Shown here: positions 37,907-48,111 of the stretch, one piece after another
Layout of the letters: the number at the start of each line of letters is the position of its first letter
Position numbering within the stretch: position 1 is the first letter of the stretch
From: Nitrososphaerota archaeon
GTDB lineage: Archaea; Thermoproteota; EX4484-205; JAAOZP01
DNA: 64,000 bases
NCBI GenBank assembly: GCA_011605725.1
Contig: JAAOZP010000009.1
Location: 32,001 to 96,000 of the forward strand
Reading direction: 5' to 3'
Notes under the pieces: generated by a model
What the model was told of the DNA's origin: nothing
Database searches by the model: none
What the model saw: the letters and a program-made list of their open reading frames with translations, nothing else
Program-made: the position numbers and the translations under genes

Positions 37907-40900
37907 TTATGAAGGTGGGGGAGGCGGCGGTGGAAGTGGTTTAGGCTTTCTTTCAAGCTTAAGTGCAACGAGAACCACTATGGCTGAAACCACTATGATT
38001 ATAATGCTCAAGATCAGGAACACCTGAGTGTAATTCTCGTCATAGAGTGCTGTGAGCGTTAAAACAGTCTGTTCACCCGTCATCTGAACAACCACCTCAC
38101 TATCCTTGGTTTCAACCGCTCCAGTCCAACGGTTAAACCGATACTTGCCTCCAAGCATTCCGAGAAAGCCTTTCATCGGCTCCTCCAGCGGTGCCCTAAC
38201 CCTTACCATGTCGCCCTCCTCGTATGTTCCCGACCCGTTGATCTTCAAACCTACGTTAGAATCAACCGTCATAGTATACGTCTTAATCTGCTCCGGTTTA
38301 ACGATCTGAACATGCACAATCTTAACAGCCGTGTTCACGCCATCCGTCGCCTTTATCTGTATTTCATAATCTCCCTCCGGAAACTCGCTTCCCCCAAGCC
38401 TTGCGCTAGAAGGATCCATGTATACGCGCTCTACGAATTCGTCCTCGCTTATCGTTGGGGCGCCCAAGGTTATCCTGTCCTTAGTTATCCTGTTGGCCAG
38501 CATCCTCCAGGTCTCCTCACCCCTCCTCCTTATGAGGACAGTATACCACAGTTGATCACCGTCTGCATCCGTGCCCCTCCAGATTATAGTGTAGTTACGA
38601 CCAGTACCCAACTTCTTTCCCTCGGGAGGATAAACGATCTCGAGGACTGGTGCATGGGTTGAAACACTCCTAGTGAACCATACTTTTCCATCAGGGCCAG
38701 TAAGCTCTATCCTCCCAAGATTGTCTAACCATGGTACTATTCTCACGAACGGGATCGCATCCGTAGGCTTATATCCTCCAGGGTCAGTAAAGTAGTAGAA
38801 AGACATGTTATAGGGATACCTTTTGAAAACAGTACCGTTCTTAAGGTATAGCGTCAGCGAGAAGTTCCCAGTCCCCTCGGGCTCTAGATACGTCCAGCTG
38901 TAGTTGTAAAGCCTCTGAAACGGCCTTCCCAACACCGTTCCGTTCCTGCATATTATCATTGAGATGAGAAGGGCCTCTGGGTCATCCCCGCTGACGCCGG
39001 CGACAATCCTCCAAGAGGACCAAGCCCAGTAACCATCTTTGGCTCCTCCAGCATGATCCATTATGTCGCGCGCTGCTACATAACTTGGGTTAGGCATTCT
39101 GATAAAGAATGGTCCAAGCGCGCTATAGATATCGGTGTTCGCACTGAACTCATAATACTTGAATATCTTTACTATTCCTCCTTTGAACTCGTCGAAATAA
39201 ACGCATTCCTCAGGCACAACAATAGCATACCCATCGTAGATATCGTAAAGCATACCGAAGGTGTGAGAAAGCTCGTGCGCAACCGTTGGGAAGTAGAGAT
39301 TTTTCGTATGCGTACTATTAACCGCCTCATCGTACTCTACGAACGCCACATGGAAGCCCTGGTCCCAAAAAGGGCGTGATTCCGCGCCTGGAGAAGCCCA
39401 CTGCGGCCAGGCATACACTATTCCGACATTGTTGCCGCCTATATCACCATTGGGAACTATGGCTACAACCCTTCCAAACCCTTCCTCCGCAGCCTCCTCA
39501 GCCGCAGTGTCAGCGTTCCACCACCCGATGTCGCCACTATAGTACAATTCGGTCACGGGGTATGTGCCGTAATAATCTTTAAAGATCCCGCTTAGATATA
39601 TCTGATAGCGATATACAGGGCGTTGTCCCCACGGCGTAGATATCCAGTATGCCGGCGTGGCGATTTCCCTAAGGTATTCTGAACGTTGGTCGTGTGTGAA
39701 CCTACGATCCTCCTCCCAAAGCACCACTTTTATACGACGAGCGTAATCATACTCTATCGGATAGATTCCAACCCGAAAGGTCTCGGATACGGTGGTGATG
39801 CTTCCCTCATCCCATGTTACTTTCCTATGCGGATCGAAGTCAACCCGTACTTGAACGTCTCCGACGGAACTCGGCCTGGGAAGGAAACCGCTCCCCTGGC
39901 CCACCTCCTCCATCAGGTAGAGGATGCCAGTCTCACCGGCTGCGGTAGGGTTGAGCGTTGCCCTACCGTAATAGACCCAATGCGGAGGGTCACCCTCCTT
40001 CCTAAGGCCAGCGTAATGCCAATACTCTACTCCGATGATTGCTGACTCCGCCGAGGGGTCCTTCCAACTGTTTACATTTCCGAGGTCAAGCCTGTATTCC
40101 ACGTCCATAGGGGAATTGTATTCAAGCCTGTATTCTAGCTTGAATATCGTCTGCTTACCGGCTATGAGTTTTGACCCGTGCTGCGTCAAAGGTTTCAGGC
40201 TGAGTATCTGAAGCTTCGGTATGTTGTAATAGAAACCTAAGTGGAGCGTGGTGGATTTCTCAACGCCGGACTGCGAGACGCCTCTCACCGTTATAATGTA
40301 AGCCTTCACCACGCCTCCGGGCATCGTAAGGCTTCTCCAATTGACGGTTGCATCCACGGTGAAGCCTAGGCTGAGAGTGAGCTCCGTTTCCAGCCACAGG
40401 TTCTCCCGAATCAGGCTTGTAGGGGCTCTGATACCTGTGCCCTCTACCCACATGGTGACGCCTTCGGGAAGACCACTCTGTTCAAGCCTTATCATCTCGC
40501 TGTCGCCGCTTATCTTCCTGAGCCTTATTTCATAGCCTGTTTTCGAGACAGTGCTCTCCCCTAGGGCTAGCGGAGTGAGATCGATTTGCAGAGGGAAGCG
40601 CCCGATAACTTCAAGAGTATAATCTATTTTTTGAGGGGGTGGCGGCGGGGTTGTTGAACCTTTAATCGTTAGCATGTAGTTCTTAGACACTGTCCCTAAT
40701 CCGTCAAGATAGCTGTCACGAGCCTCGACTGTGAAATAGTAGGTTATCGTGGTTCCTGGTTGAGCATTACGCGGGGTGCCAGACAGCGTGAGCGTAGGTC
40801 CTCTCATGCTTGAGGGTGATATACCCATCCCTGGAGGAGTATCCCCATATATTCTCCACTGCGTGTATGGCTTATGGTTATCAGGAAAATCTGTGCTGAA

Positions 40901-41092
40901 CACCACGGAGTAAGGTTTCCCCTCTTCCCCGTCTGGAAGCACGTAGTAAGTCTTACCGCCAATAAGTCTCGTCCCAACTGGCAAAGGGTTTGAGTATACG
41001 GCGTATGGGCTGCACAGGACTGTTGTGAAAGATGTTGAGACGATAAGTAGCAACAATAAGACGCCCTTATTCAAGTTAAGATTCAATCTCAT
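37907..41092 (-). CDS. Large surface-anchored protein with Ig-like domains and a zinc metallopeptidase motif
   Basis: Signal peptide, TLSGTP Ig-like repeat, PPPPP linker, HELSHTFG, DIMD, C-terminal TM and poly-Pro tail. Confidence 0.75.
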   Translation of the reverse strand: MRLNLNLNKGVLLLLLIVSTSFTTVLCSPYAVYSNPLPVGTRLIGGKTYYVLPDGEEGKPYSVVFSTDFPDNHKPYTQWRIYGDTPPGMGISPSSMRGPTLTLSGTPRNAQPGTTITYYFTVEARDSYLDGLGTVSKNYMLTIKGSTTPPPPPQKIDYTLEVIGRFPLQIDLTPLALGESTVSKTGYEIRLRKISGDSEMIRLEQSGLPEGVTMWVEGTGIRAPTSLIRENLWLETELTLSLGFTVDATVNWRSLTMPGGVVKAYIITVRGVSQSGVEKSTTLHLGFYYNIPKLQILSLKPLTQHGSKLIAGKQTIFKLEYRLEYNSPMDVEYRLDLGNVNSWKDPSAESAIIGVEYWHYAGLRKEGDPPHWVYYGRATLNPTAAGETGILYLMEEVGQGSGFLPRPSSVGDVQVRVDFDPHRKVTWDEGSITTVSETFRVGIYPIEYDYARRIKVVLWEEDRRFTHDQRSEYLREIATPAYWISTPWGQRPVYRYQIYLSGIFKDYYGTYPVTELYYSGDIGWWNADTAAEEAAEEGFGRVVAIVPNGDIGGNNVGIVYAWPQWASPGAESRPFWDQGFHVAFVEYDEAVNSTHTKNLYFPTVAHELSHTFGMLYDIYDGYAIVVPEECVYFDEFKGGIVKIFKYYEFSANTDIYSALGPFFIRMPNPSYVAARDIMDHAGGAKDGYWAWSSWRIVAGVSGDDPEALLISMIICRNGTVLGRPFQRLYNYSWTYLEPEGTGNFSLTLYLKNGTVFKRYPYNMSFYYFTDPGGYKPTDAIPFVRIVPWLDNLGRIELTGPDGKVWFTRSVSTHAPVLEIVYPPEGKKLGTGRNYTIIWRGTDADGDQLWYTVLIRRRGEETWRMLANRITKDRITLGAPTISEDEFVERVYMDPSSARLGGSEFPEGDYEIQIKATDGVNTAVKIVHVQIVKPEQIKTYTMTVDSNVGLKINGSGTYEEGDMVRVRAPLEEPMKGFLGMLGGKYRFNRWTGAVETKDSEVVVQMTGEQTVLTLTALYDENYTQVFLILSIIIIVVSAIVVLVALKLERKPKPLPPPPPPPS

Positions 41093-41274
41093 TTAGTGCA
41101 TGTATCCACTAGGTGGTCCTATTTATTTTTTTGGTGATAACGAGTTATTTTAAGGTGTAGGCTTTCTTCCAGCTTTCTATCTAGTTGCTTCTTCCTGCTT
41201 AAGATGGGTATGGAGGGAAAAGCATCCAACCTTCTGAATCGTCTTCCAAAGCTTGGCAACACAGTTAAAAACTC

Positions 41275-42387
41275 TTGAAGAGTCTTCAAACCGTGGCAAC
41301 GGAGAGCAGGAAGGCTGAGCACATCCGGATAGCCCTTGAGAGAGACGTGTCCTCAAGGGTCTCCGCCGGGTTCGAGGACGTTGAGCTCATCCACAACGCT
41401 GTGTGCGAGATTGATCTTAGCGAAATCGATACTGGCGTGACGGTGATGGGTAAGAGGCTTAGGCTGCCGCTTATAATAGAGGCTTTAACCGGAGGAACCA
41501 GGGAGGCTAAAAGGGTAAACATGGGTTTGGCTGAGGTTGCTGAAACCGAGGGGATAGGGATCGGCGTCGGAAGCGTTAGGGCTGCTATGGAGGATCCCAG
41601 TCTTGCAGACACTTATTCGATAGTCAGGGACAGGGCTCCGAGAACACTGGTGGTTTCAAACATAGGTGCTGTCCAGGTTGCTAAACATGGTTCAGAGTAT
41701 GCTTTGAAAACGATGGAGATCGTTGGGGCTGACGCGCTGGCTATACATTTCAACAAGCTACAGGAGCTGATAATGCCTGAGGGGGAAACATGTTTCAAAG
41801 GGGTGGGCAATCATGTGGCGGAACTATCCAGGAGGCTTGGGGAGAAGCTTTGCCTCAAGGAGACTGGCGCAGGCTTCAGCGGGGAGGCTGCTAGGCTTGC
41901 AGAGTCCTGGGGTGTCAAATGGGTTGACGTTGCTGGTGTCGGCGGGACAAGCTGGTATGCTGTAGAATATTATCGTTCAGGAAAACACGACAGTAAGGCT
42001 TCTATGCTCGGCAAAAGCCTTTGGGACTGGGGAGTTCCCACAGCCGTTAGCATTGTTGAATCAAAAATGTTCACGCGTAGCCTGAGAGTGATAGCGAGCG
42101 GCGGCGTCAGGACCGGTGTTGACGCTGCTAAAGCCATTGCGCTCGGAGCCAGCTGCGTGGGTATCGCTAGACCATTCCTAGTTTCTTTCTCAAAAGGCGG
42201 TGTAAATGAGGCTAGGAGGCTGGTTAAATCCTTCGAGCTTGCCTTAAGATCCACAATGTTCCTAGTTGGTGCTAGGAGTGTTGAGGAGCTATGTTCAGTA
42301 CCGTTGGTGGTGAGAGGCAGGACGGCTGAATGGCTTGAGCAGCGGGGACTGTTGAAAAGACTTCTAAACGGGAGGAGGAGTCCATGA
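41275..42387 (+). CDS. fni: Type 2 isopentenyl-diphosphate isomerase
   Basis: RKAEHI, LTGG, GVGS, NIGAVQ, LQE, KETGAG, GGTSW, ASGGVR. Confidence 0.94.
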   Translation: MKSLQTVATESRKAEHIRIALERDVSSRVSAGFEDVELIHNAVCEIDLSEIDTGVTVMGKRLRLPLIIEALTGGTREAKRVNMGLAEVAETEGIGIGVGSVRAAMEDPSLADTYSIVRDRAPRTLVVSNIGAVQVAKHGSEYALKTMEIVGADALAIHFNKLQELIMPEGETCFKGVGNHVAELSRRLGEKLCLKETGAGFSGEAARLAESWGVKWVDVAGVGGTSWYAVEYYRSGKHDSKASMLGKSLWDWGVPTAVSIVESKMFTRSLRVIASGGVRTGVDAAKAIALGASCVGIARPFLVSFSKGGVNEARRLVKSFELALRSTMFLVGARSVEELCSVPLVVRGRTAEWLEQRGLLKRLLNGRRSP

Positions 42388-44108
42388 GCGAGGAGCTCCG
42401 CAACCTGATAGAGAGGCTTGCACTGGAGAACGCTTTAGCCTTTAACGGTGTAGCGAAGGCTGAGGCGGTACTGGGAAAACTTCTCGGGATGAATCCTGAC
42501 CTGAGGAGCAAGGTTAGAGAACTCATCCCTATTATTCAAGAGGTCACCGAGAAGGTTAACAGACTTACCGTGGCTGAGCAGGCTGAGATTCTCAAGAGGT
42601 TCGGAGGCATCCTGCGCGTCGAGAAGCCTTCAAAGCAGGAGCTCCCGCTTCTTCCCGAGGCAAGGGATTTCCCCCAAGTAGTATTAAGGTTCGCGCCAAA
42701 TCCTGATGGTCCCTTAACGCTGGGAAACGCGAGACCCGCAGTTCTCTGCGACTATTACGCTAGAAGGATGAATGGAAGGCTTATTCTGAGGTTTGAAGAC
42801 ACGTCTCCGTCGGTCAAGCCTCCTTTGAAAGAGGCTTACGACTGGATTATTGAAGACTTGGAGTGGCTGGGCATTCATCCGGATGAGGTATACTATCAGT
42901 CTGATAGGCTTCAAACATACTACAAGTATGCTGAAAAGTTTATTGAGAAGGGCTTCGCATACGTTTGCCTTTGTAAGCCTGAGGAATTCAGAAGTTTCGA
43001 AAAAAGGGGCGAGCCGTGTCCGCATAGGGATCAGGATCCAAGTTTAAGCCTAAGCCTCTGGGAGAAGATGCTGAACGGGGGTCTTAATCCTGGTGAGGCT
43101 GTTGTAAGGGTCAAGACTGATATGAAGCATCCTAATCCTGCGATTAGAGACTGGCCTGCATTAAGAATAGATGTTGCGAAGCATCCTAGGGTCGTGGGTT
43201 TCAGAGTCTGGCCGCTCTACAACTGGTCGTGCGCCATCGACGATTATGAGATGAGGGTTTCCCACGTGATAAGGGGTAAGGAGCATTTGACAAACGAGGT
43301 ACGCCAATCCTACGTTTTCAAATATTTGAACTCTCCGCAACCGGTTTCAATACATATAGGTAGGGTTAGGCTTGAGGGTAGTGTGTTAAGCAAGTCTAGG
43401 ATAATGAGGGGGCTGGCGGAGGGTGCTTACACTGGTCTGGATGATCCTAGGCTCGGCACGCTTAAGGCTTTGAGGAGGAGAGGATTCAAGCCTGAGGTGA
43501 TAAGGAGGGTTGTGCTTGAAATGGGTTTAAACATAACTGAGTCAACCGTTAAATGGGAGAACCTTTACGCTTACAACAGGGAGGCTGTAGACTGGGAGGC
43601 GGAGAGATACTATTTCGTGAAAAACCCGTTCACGATGATTGTCAGAAGCATTCCTCAGCAGGTTGAGGCGAGGCTTGTAAGACACCCGAGTAGGCCTGAG
43701 CTTGGATACAGGAACATTGTTTTAAAGCCTTTAAACGGAGAGGCTCAGCTCATTGTTTCCTCGAAAGACGTTGAAAACCTGGCGCCTGGTTCAAGGCTTA
43801 GGCTGATGTCGCTTTTCAACATTGAGGTTGAGCATGTCGATCCGCATAGTAAGACGGTTAAAGCGTTTTTCAAGAGTCTAGAGGTTCCTGAAAAGTCATC
43901 CGGGATAAAGCTTATCCACTGGGTTCTTCCCAGTGACGCTGTGAAAACAGTAGTCTTAATGCCTGACGCGAGTCTTGTCGAGGGCTTGGGCGAATCCCAT
44001 TTAACACGGCTTGAGCCGGGCAGAATTATTCAGCTGGTTCGATTCGGCTTCTGCAAGGTGGAGAAGGTTTCGAAGAACGTTGTCAACCTGGTTTTTTCAC
44101 ACCCTTAG
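42384..44108 (+). CDS. gltX: Glutamyl-tRNA synthetase
   Basis: RFAPNPDG, LRFEDT, HVIRGKEH, LSKS, DDPRLGTL. Confidence 0.95.
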   Translation: MSEELRNLIERLALENALAFNGVAKAEAVLGKLLGMNPDLRSKVRELIPIIQEVTEKVNRLTVAEQAEILKRFGGILRVEKPSKQELPLLPEARDFPQVVLRFAPNPDGPLTLGNARPAVLCDYYARRMNGRLILRFEDTSPSVKPPLKEAYDWIIEDLEWLGIHPDEVYYQSDRLQTYYKYAEKFIEKGFAYVCLCKPEEFRSFEKRGEPCPHRDQDPSLSLSLWEKMLNGGLNPGEAVVRVKTDMKHPNPAIRDWPALRIDVAKHPRVVGFRVWPLYNWSCAIDDYEMRVSHVIRGKEHLTNEVRQSYVFKYLNSPQPVSIHIGRVRLEGSVLSKSRIMRGLAEGAYTGLDDPRLGTLKALRRRGFKPEVIRRVVLEMGLNITESTVKWENLYAYNREAVDWEAERYYFVKNPFTMIVRSIPQQVEARLVRHPSRPELGYRNIVLKPLNGEAQLIVSSKDVENLAPGSRLRLMSLFNIEVEHVDPHSKTVKAFFKSLEVPEKSSGIKLIHWVLPSDAVKTVVLMPDASLVEGLGESHLTRLEPGRIIQLVRFGFCKVEKVSKNVVNLVFSHP

Positions 44109-44176
44109 AAGGTTCAAGTTTAAGTTTTTATACCCCTCTGTCCCCGTCTGTGGAAGGGTAGAGGTGCTTAACGGAA

Positions 44177-44569
44177 ATGGTTAGGGTTACAACGGCTGAC
44201 TACGAGCCGAGTAAAGAACTTGTTGAAGAGGCTTTAGAGCTGCTTAGAATCGCCTCCAAGACTGGTAAGGTTAAAAGAGGCACCAATGAAACCACGAAAG
44301 CCCTTGAAAGAGGAGTTGCTAAACTAGCGTACGTGGCTGATAACACTGACCCTGTTGAGGTGGTGCTCCACATACCTTTACTAAGCAGGGATAGGAAAAT
44401 CCCTTACATAGTTGTTCCGGATAAGAAACAGCTGGGTGAGGCTGCTGGGCTCTCTAACGTTTCAGCCGCGGCCGTGGCGATAATAGACCCGGGTGAAGCT
44501 GCTCCAATGCTTGAAAGCGTGGTTAAGAAGATAGAGTCTGCAAGGGCTAAGGCTGGGGGAAGCGGTTGA
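44177..44569 (+). CDS. rpl7ae: Ribosomal/K-turn-binding protein L7Ae
   Basis: [21 protein letters not shown]. Confidence 0.96.
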   Translation: MVRVTTADYEPSKELVEEALELLRIASKTGKVKRGTNETTKALERGVAKLAYVADNTDPVEVVLHIPLLSRDRKIPYIVVPDKKQLGEAAGLSNVSAAAVAIIDPGEAAPMLESVVKKIESARAKAGGSG

Positions 44570-44772
44570 GCGAAGAAGCTACTCCGGCAGAGGTTGTCGA
44601 ACTGGTGGCGAGATCAGGCGCCTCGGGCGAGGTTACTCAAGTTAGGGTCAGGATTCTCTCGGGCAGGGATAGGGGCAGAGTTATTCTTAGAAACGTGCGG
44701 GGCCCGGTTAGGGTTGGAGACATACTTATGCTTAGGGAGACTGAGAGGGAGGCTAGAAGGTTCTCGGGGTGA
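44566..44772 (+). CDS. rps28e: Ribosomal protein eS28
   Basis: [23 protein letters not shown]. Confidence 0.96.
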   Translation: MSEEATPAEVVELVARSGASGEVTQVRVRILSGRDRGRVILRNVRGPVRVGDILMLRETEREARRFSG

Positions 44773-44778
44773 TGAGCC

Positions 44779-44973
44779 ACGCCCACAGCCTTCAAGTGTA
44801 GCTTCTGCAACAGGACGTTCCTGATCGGGGAGGGCATACTTTATGTTAAGAAGGATGGAAGCATCTTAAGGTTTTGCAGCTCCAAGTGTTTCAGGAACTC
44901 TGTGAAACTAGGTAGGAATCCTAGAAAGGTTAAGTGGGTAACCAGTAAAACGCGGACTGGAGGCACGTCTTAA
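44779..44973 (+). CDS. rpl24e: Ribosomal protein eL24 (apparent ACG start)
   Basis: Manual translation: (M)[53 protein letters not shown]. Confidence 0.92.
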   Translation, partial: TPTAFKCSFCNRTFLIGEGILYVKKDGSILRFCSSKCFRNSVKLGRNPRKVKWVTSKTRTGGTS

Positions 44974-45629
44974 TGAGGCTTGTGATCTTCGGCCCGCCTG
45001 GCTCAGGCAAGGGAACGTATGCTTCAAGGCTTGCTCCGAGGCTCGGGGTACCGCATATTTCAACCGGGGACATTTTGAGGGATGAAGTGAAGAGCGGCTC
45101 AGAGCTGGGTAAAAACATATCGAGCTATGTTTCAAGCGGGAAACTTGTTCCAGACGAGGTTGTGAACAGGGTTATGGAGAAAAGGCTTTCACAGGAAGAC
45201 TGTAAGAGAGGCTTCATACTTGACGGTTACCCGAGGACACTGAAACAGGCTTTTTTCTTGGAAAAGATTTCGAAAATAGATTTCGTGGTAAACCTGAATG
45301 TTCCGGATGAGGTTATAGTCAGACGCTTGTCTTCAAGGCTTGTCTGCAGGAGATGTGGTGCAATATACAATAGGATAACGCTTCCGCCTAAGGTTGACGG
45401 TGTCTGCGACAAGTGTGGAGGAGAGCTTTATCAGAGGGATGACGATAAGCCTGAAGTAGTAAGAGAAAGGATAAGAGTGTATAAGAATGAGGCTGCTCCG
45501 CTGCTTGAACACTATCGTAAGTCCGGGGTGGCGGTAATTGATTTCTACTATGAACCTGATGAGACTGGTGGCGATGTTTCGCCAGACACCGTTGTAGACA
45601 GGATTATTAAGGCTCTTAAAGGCTCTTAA
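44973..45629 (+). CDS. adk: Adenylate kinase, bacterial/long type with Zn lid
   Basis: GPPGSGKGT, HISTGDILR, LVPDE, LDGYPRT, CRRC...CDKC, QRDDD. Confidence 0.95.
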   Translation: MRLVIFGPPGSGKGTYASRLAPRLGVPHISTGDILRDEVKSGSELGKNISSYVSSGKLVPDEVVNRVMEKRLSQEDCKRGFILDGYPRTLKQAFFLEKISKIDFVVNLNVPDEVIVRRLSSRLVCRRCGAIYNRITLPPKVDGVCDKCGGELYQRDDDKPEVVRERIRVYKNEAAPLLEHYRKSGVAVIDFYYEPDETGGDVSPDTVVDRIIKALKGS

Positions 45630-45803
45630 AGCTGTTTTTCACTGTATCCTTTGAATGCTTCAAAAGCTTTAATCGCGGGGAGGACGCGTTTTAGGACTAG
45701 TATTCGTTTCGCAAAACCTCCTGCTTCCTTGCCTTATGCTAAAAAGAAGTAGATAGAGATTAATACTTCTGCTCCACCAATGTCTCCAGGGTGTGGTAAG
45801 CAG

Positions 45804-47573
45804 ATGGGCGTTAGGGAGCCTATTGTAGTTGTGCTGGGGCATGTTGACAGCGGCAAGACTTCTCTACTGGATAAGATACGGGGCACTTTCGTTGCGATGA
45901 GGGAGGCCGGTGGAATTACTCAACACGTCGGAGCAAGCCTGATTCCGGCTGAAGTCATAGTTAGAGTCGCGAAAACACTTAACATAAGGCTTGAAGAGAA
46001 GCTTAGGGTCCCCGGCATACTTTTCATCGACACTCCTGGGCACGAGGCTTTCGTAAACCTTAGGAGAAGAGGCGGGTCCATCGCGGACTTCGCCATTCTC
46101 GTGATAGACCTGGTTAAAGGGGTTGAGCCTCAAACCGTTGAGTCCCTGGACATCCTTAGGACTAGAAGAACCCCTTTTCTGATTGCAGCCAATAAGATTG
46201 ACCTTCTTCCAGGATGGAGGCCACAAGGGGTTTTAAGCGTGCTTCAATCCCTCTCGAAACAGGATGAGCGGGTTAGACGTAGCTTAGACGAGCATCTCTA
46301 CAGGATAATCGGAGACCTTTCAACAATGGGCTTCAGGTCTGACAGGTTCGACAGGCTGACGGATTTCAGAAGGAATGTTGCAATAGTGCCTGTCAGCGCG
46401 TTAACAGGGGAAGGAGTCTCGGAGCTTATAGCTGTCTTAATAGGGCTTGTCCAACAGTTTCTCATAAGTGGCCTCGAATACACGGAGGGTCCTGCCAGAG
46501 GTGTTGTACTGGAGGTTGTTGAAGAAATGGGGATGGGTATTACTGTCAACGCAATTATTTTCGACGGTGTGCTGAGAAGCGGTGACACAATTGTGCTGAT
46601 GGGTTTGAACAAGCCGATCGTCACAAAGGTAAGGGCCCTGCTTATGCCTAAGCCTCTTGACGAGATGAGGGATCCGAGAGACAGGTTCAACCAGGTTGAG
46701 GAGGTAAGGCCATCAGCTGGAGTTAAGATTGTTGCACCAAATCTTGAGGATGCTCTACCGGGCTCTCCGCTTACCGTAGCCTCCGGGAACATTGAGGAGG
46801 CTGTTGAAAAAATCAGGGCTGAGGTGGAGTCGATTAGGATTAGAAGTGGAGAGGAAGGTGTTGTGGTTAAGGCGGATACGCTAGGTTCTCTCGAAGCCAT
46901 AGTCGGGGAGCTTGAGAAAAAGAGTGTTCCTGTCAGGCTTGGAGACCTGGGTCCAGTTTCCGAGAGGGATGTGATTGAAGCCTCTATTTCCTCGAAGGAT
47001 CCGACGCTCAGGGTCCTGTTAGCGTTCAACGTTAGACTGATGCCTGAAGCAGTTGAGGAGGCTAGGAGGAGGAACGTCCCGGTTTTCCAGGGAAAGATTA
47101 TCTACAGGTTGATCGAAGAGTTTTTAGAATGGCGTAGGCTGGAGAAGCAGAGGGAGGCAAGCATGCAGCTTGAGCAAATCATACTTCCCGGCAGGATTAG
47201 AATCCTGCCTGCATACGTCTTCAGAAGGAGTAAGCCTGCGATAGTCGGCGTTAAGGTTGAAGCAGGCTGTATAAAGCCGGGCTACCCGTTGATCAATAGT
47301 AAGGGTGAGAAAATAGGTGTTATCGAGCAGATTCAGAAGGAGGGTAAGAGCATTCCTAAGGCTGAGGCTGGGGAGGAGGTTGCGATCTCTATACCTGAAG
47401 GAATAGTCGGTAGAAACCTGAGGGAGGATGATGTTCTACTCGTCGACGTGCCGAGTAAGGATGCTTCGCTGGTAAACAGAGTTTTCAAGGAGCAATTGGA
47501 GCCTCATTATTTTCAGGCGCTGGATGAAGTCACTAGGCTGAAAAAGAAGGAAAACCCGTTTTACGGGCTATAG
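45804..47573 (+). CDS. infB: Translation initiation factor aIF5B
   Basis: GHVDSGKT, EAGGITQHVGA, DTPGHEAF, KADTLGSLEA. Confidence 0.96.
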   Translation: MGVREPIVVVLGHVDSGKTSLLDKIRGTFVAMREAGGITQHVGASLIPAEVIVRVAKTLNIRLEEKLRVPGILFIDTPGHEAFVNLRRRGGSIADFAILVIDLVKGVEPQTVESLDILRTRRTPFLIAANKIDLLPGWRPQGVLSVLQSLSKQDERVRRSLDEHLYRIIGDLSTMGFRSDRFDRLTDFRRNVAIVPVSALTGEGVSELIAVLIGLVQQFLISGLEYTEGPARGVVLEVVEEMGMGITVNAIIFDGVLRSGDTIVLMGLNKPIVTKVRALLMPKPLDEMRDPRDRFNQVEEVRPSAGVKIVAPNLEDALPGSPLTVASGNIEEAVEKIRAEVESIRIRSGEEGVVVKADTLGSLEAIVGELEKKSVPVRLGDLGPVSERDVIEASISSKDPTLRVLLAFNVRLMPEAVEEARRRNVPVFQGKIIYRLIEEFLEWRRLEKQREASMQLEQIILPGRIRILPAYVFRRSKPAIVGVKVEAGCIKPGYPLINSKGEKIGVIEQIQKEGKSIPKAEAGEEVAISIPEGIVGRNLREDDVLLVDVPSKDASLVNRVFKEQLEPHYFQALDEVTRLKKKENPFYGL

Positions 47574-47684
47574 TGTTAAACGGGTGTAAATGGGTTTTTA
47601 GCACGAGCCATCTTAAGGTTTTAAACGCTGGTGAAGCCTTGCTTAGGTAATGTTTTAATACTGGTTTAATAGTCATAGTGCTGC

Positions 47685-48020
47685 ATGCCCCCCGAATTCA
47701 AACTATGCATATCTGACCCTAAGCGTGGTAAAACCGAGTCGGTTAAGCTCGAGGGAAGCAACGCTGTCCCTCTGCTTGGCTTAAAGATAGGGAGTATTGT
47801 AGACGGTTCTATCGTCGGTAAACCTGGGGTTAAGCTGATGATAACCGGTGGGTCAGACAGGTCTGGTATACCAATGGTTTCCTCCGTGCAGGGCGGTGTT
47901 AAAAAGGAGATCTGGGTTAGGAAGAAGAGTGTCGTAGGTGAAACAAGGAGGAAAATGCTGGTGAGAGGCAATCAGGTTTCTGAAGAGATCTACCAGATTA
48001 ACATGAAGATCGTCTCGTGA
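47685..48020 (+). CDS. rps6e: Ribosomal protein eS6
   Basis: ISDP, ITGGSDRSGIPM, VRGN, QIN. Confidence 0.94.
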   Translation: MPPEFKLCISDPKRGKTESVKLEGSNAVPLLGLKIGSIVDGSIVGKPGVKLMITGGSDRSGIPMVSSVQGGVKKEIWVRKKSVVGETRRKMLVRGNQVSEEIYQINMKIVS

Positions 48021-48111
48021 ACGCTTGAAAACCAAGTTTGTATGAGCATCAAGTCCGTATAATCATCACATTTAAAGATTATAAATAGGCTCTGAGCTAT
48101 CGTGTCGGAGT

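Noticed and set aside
46298-47029. Long antisense ORFs over conserved genes (also 6631-7104, 21531-22010, 48753-49211 and others)
   Set aside because: Shadow frames of highly conserved genes with Ser/Pro/Thr-rich non-protein composition
48030-48071. Minus-strand GTGATGA...TTGA, C/D'-box-like
   Set aside because: No C'/D pair or terminal stem; the region is better explained as the aIF2-gamma promoter
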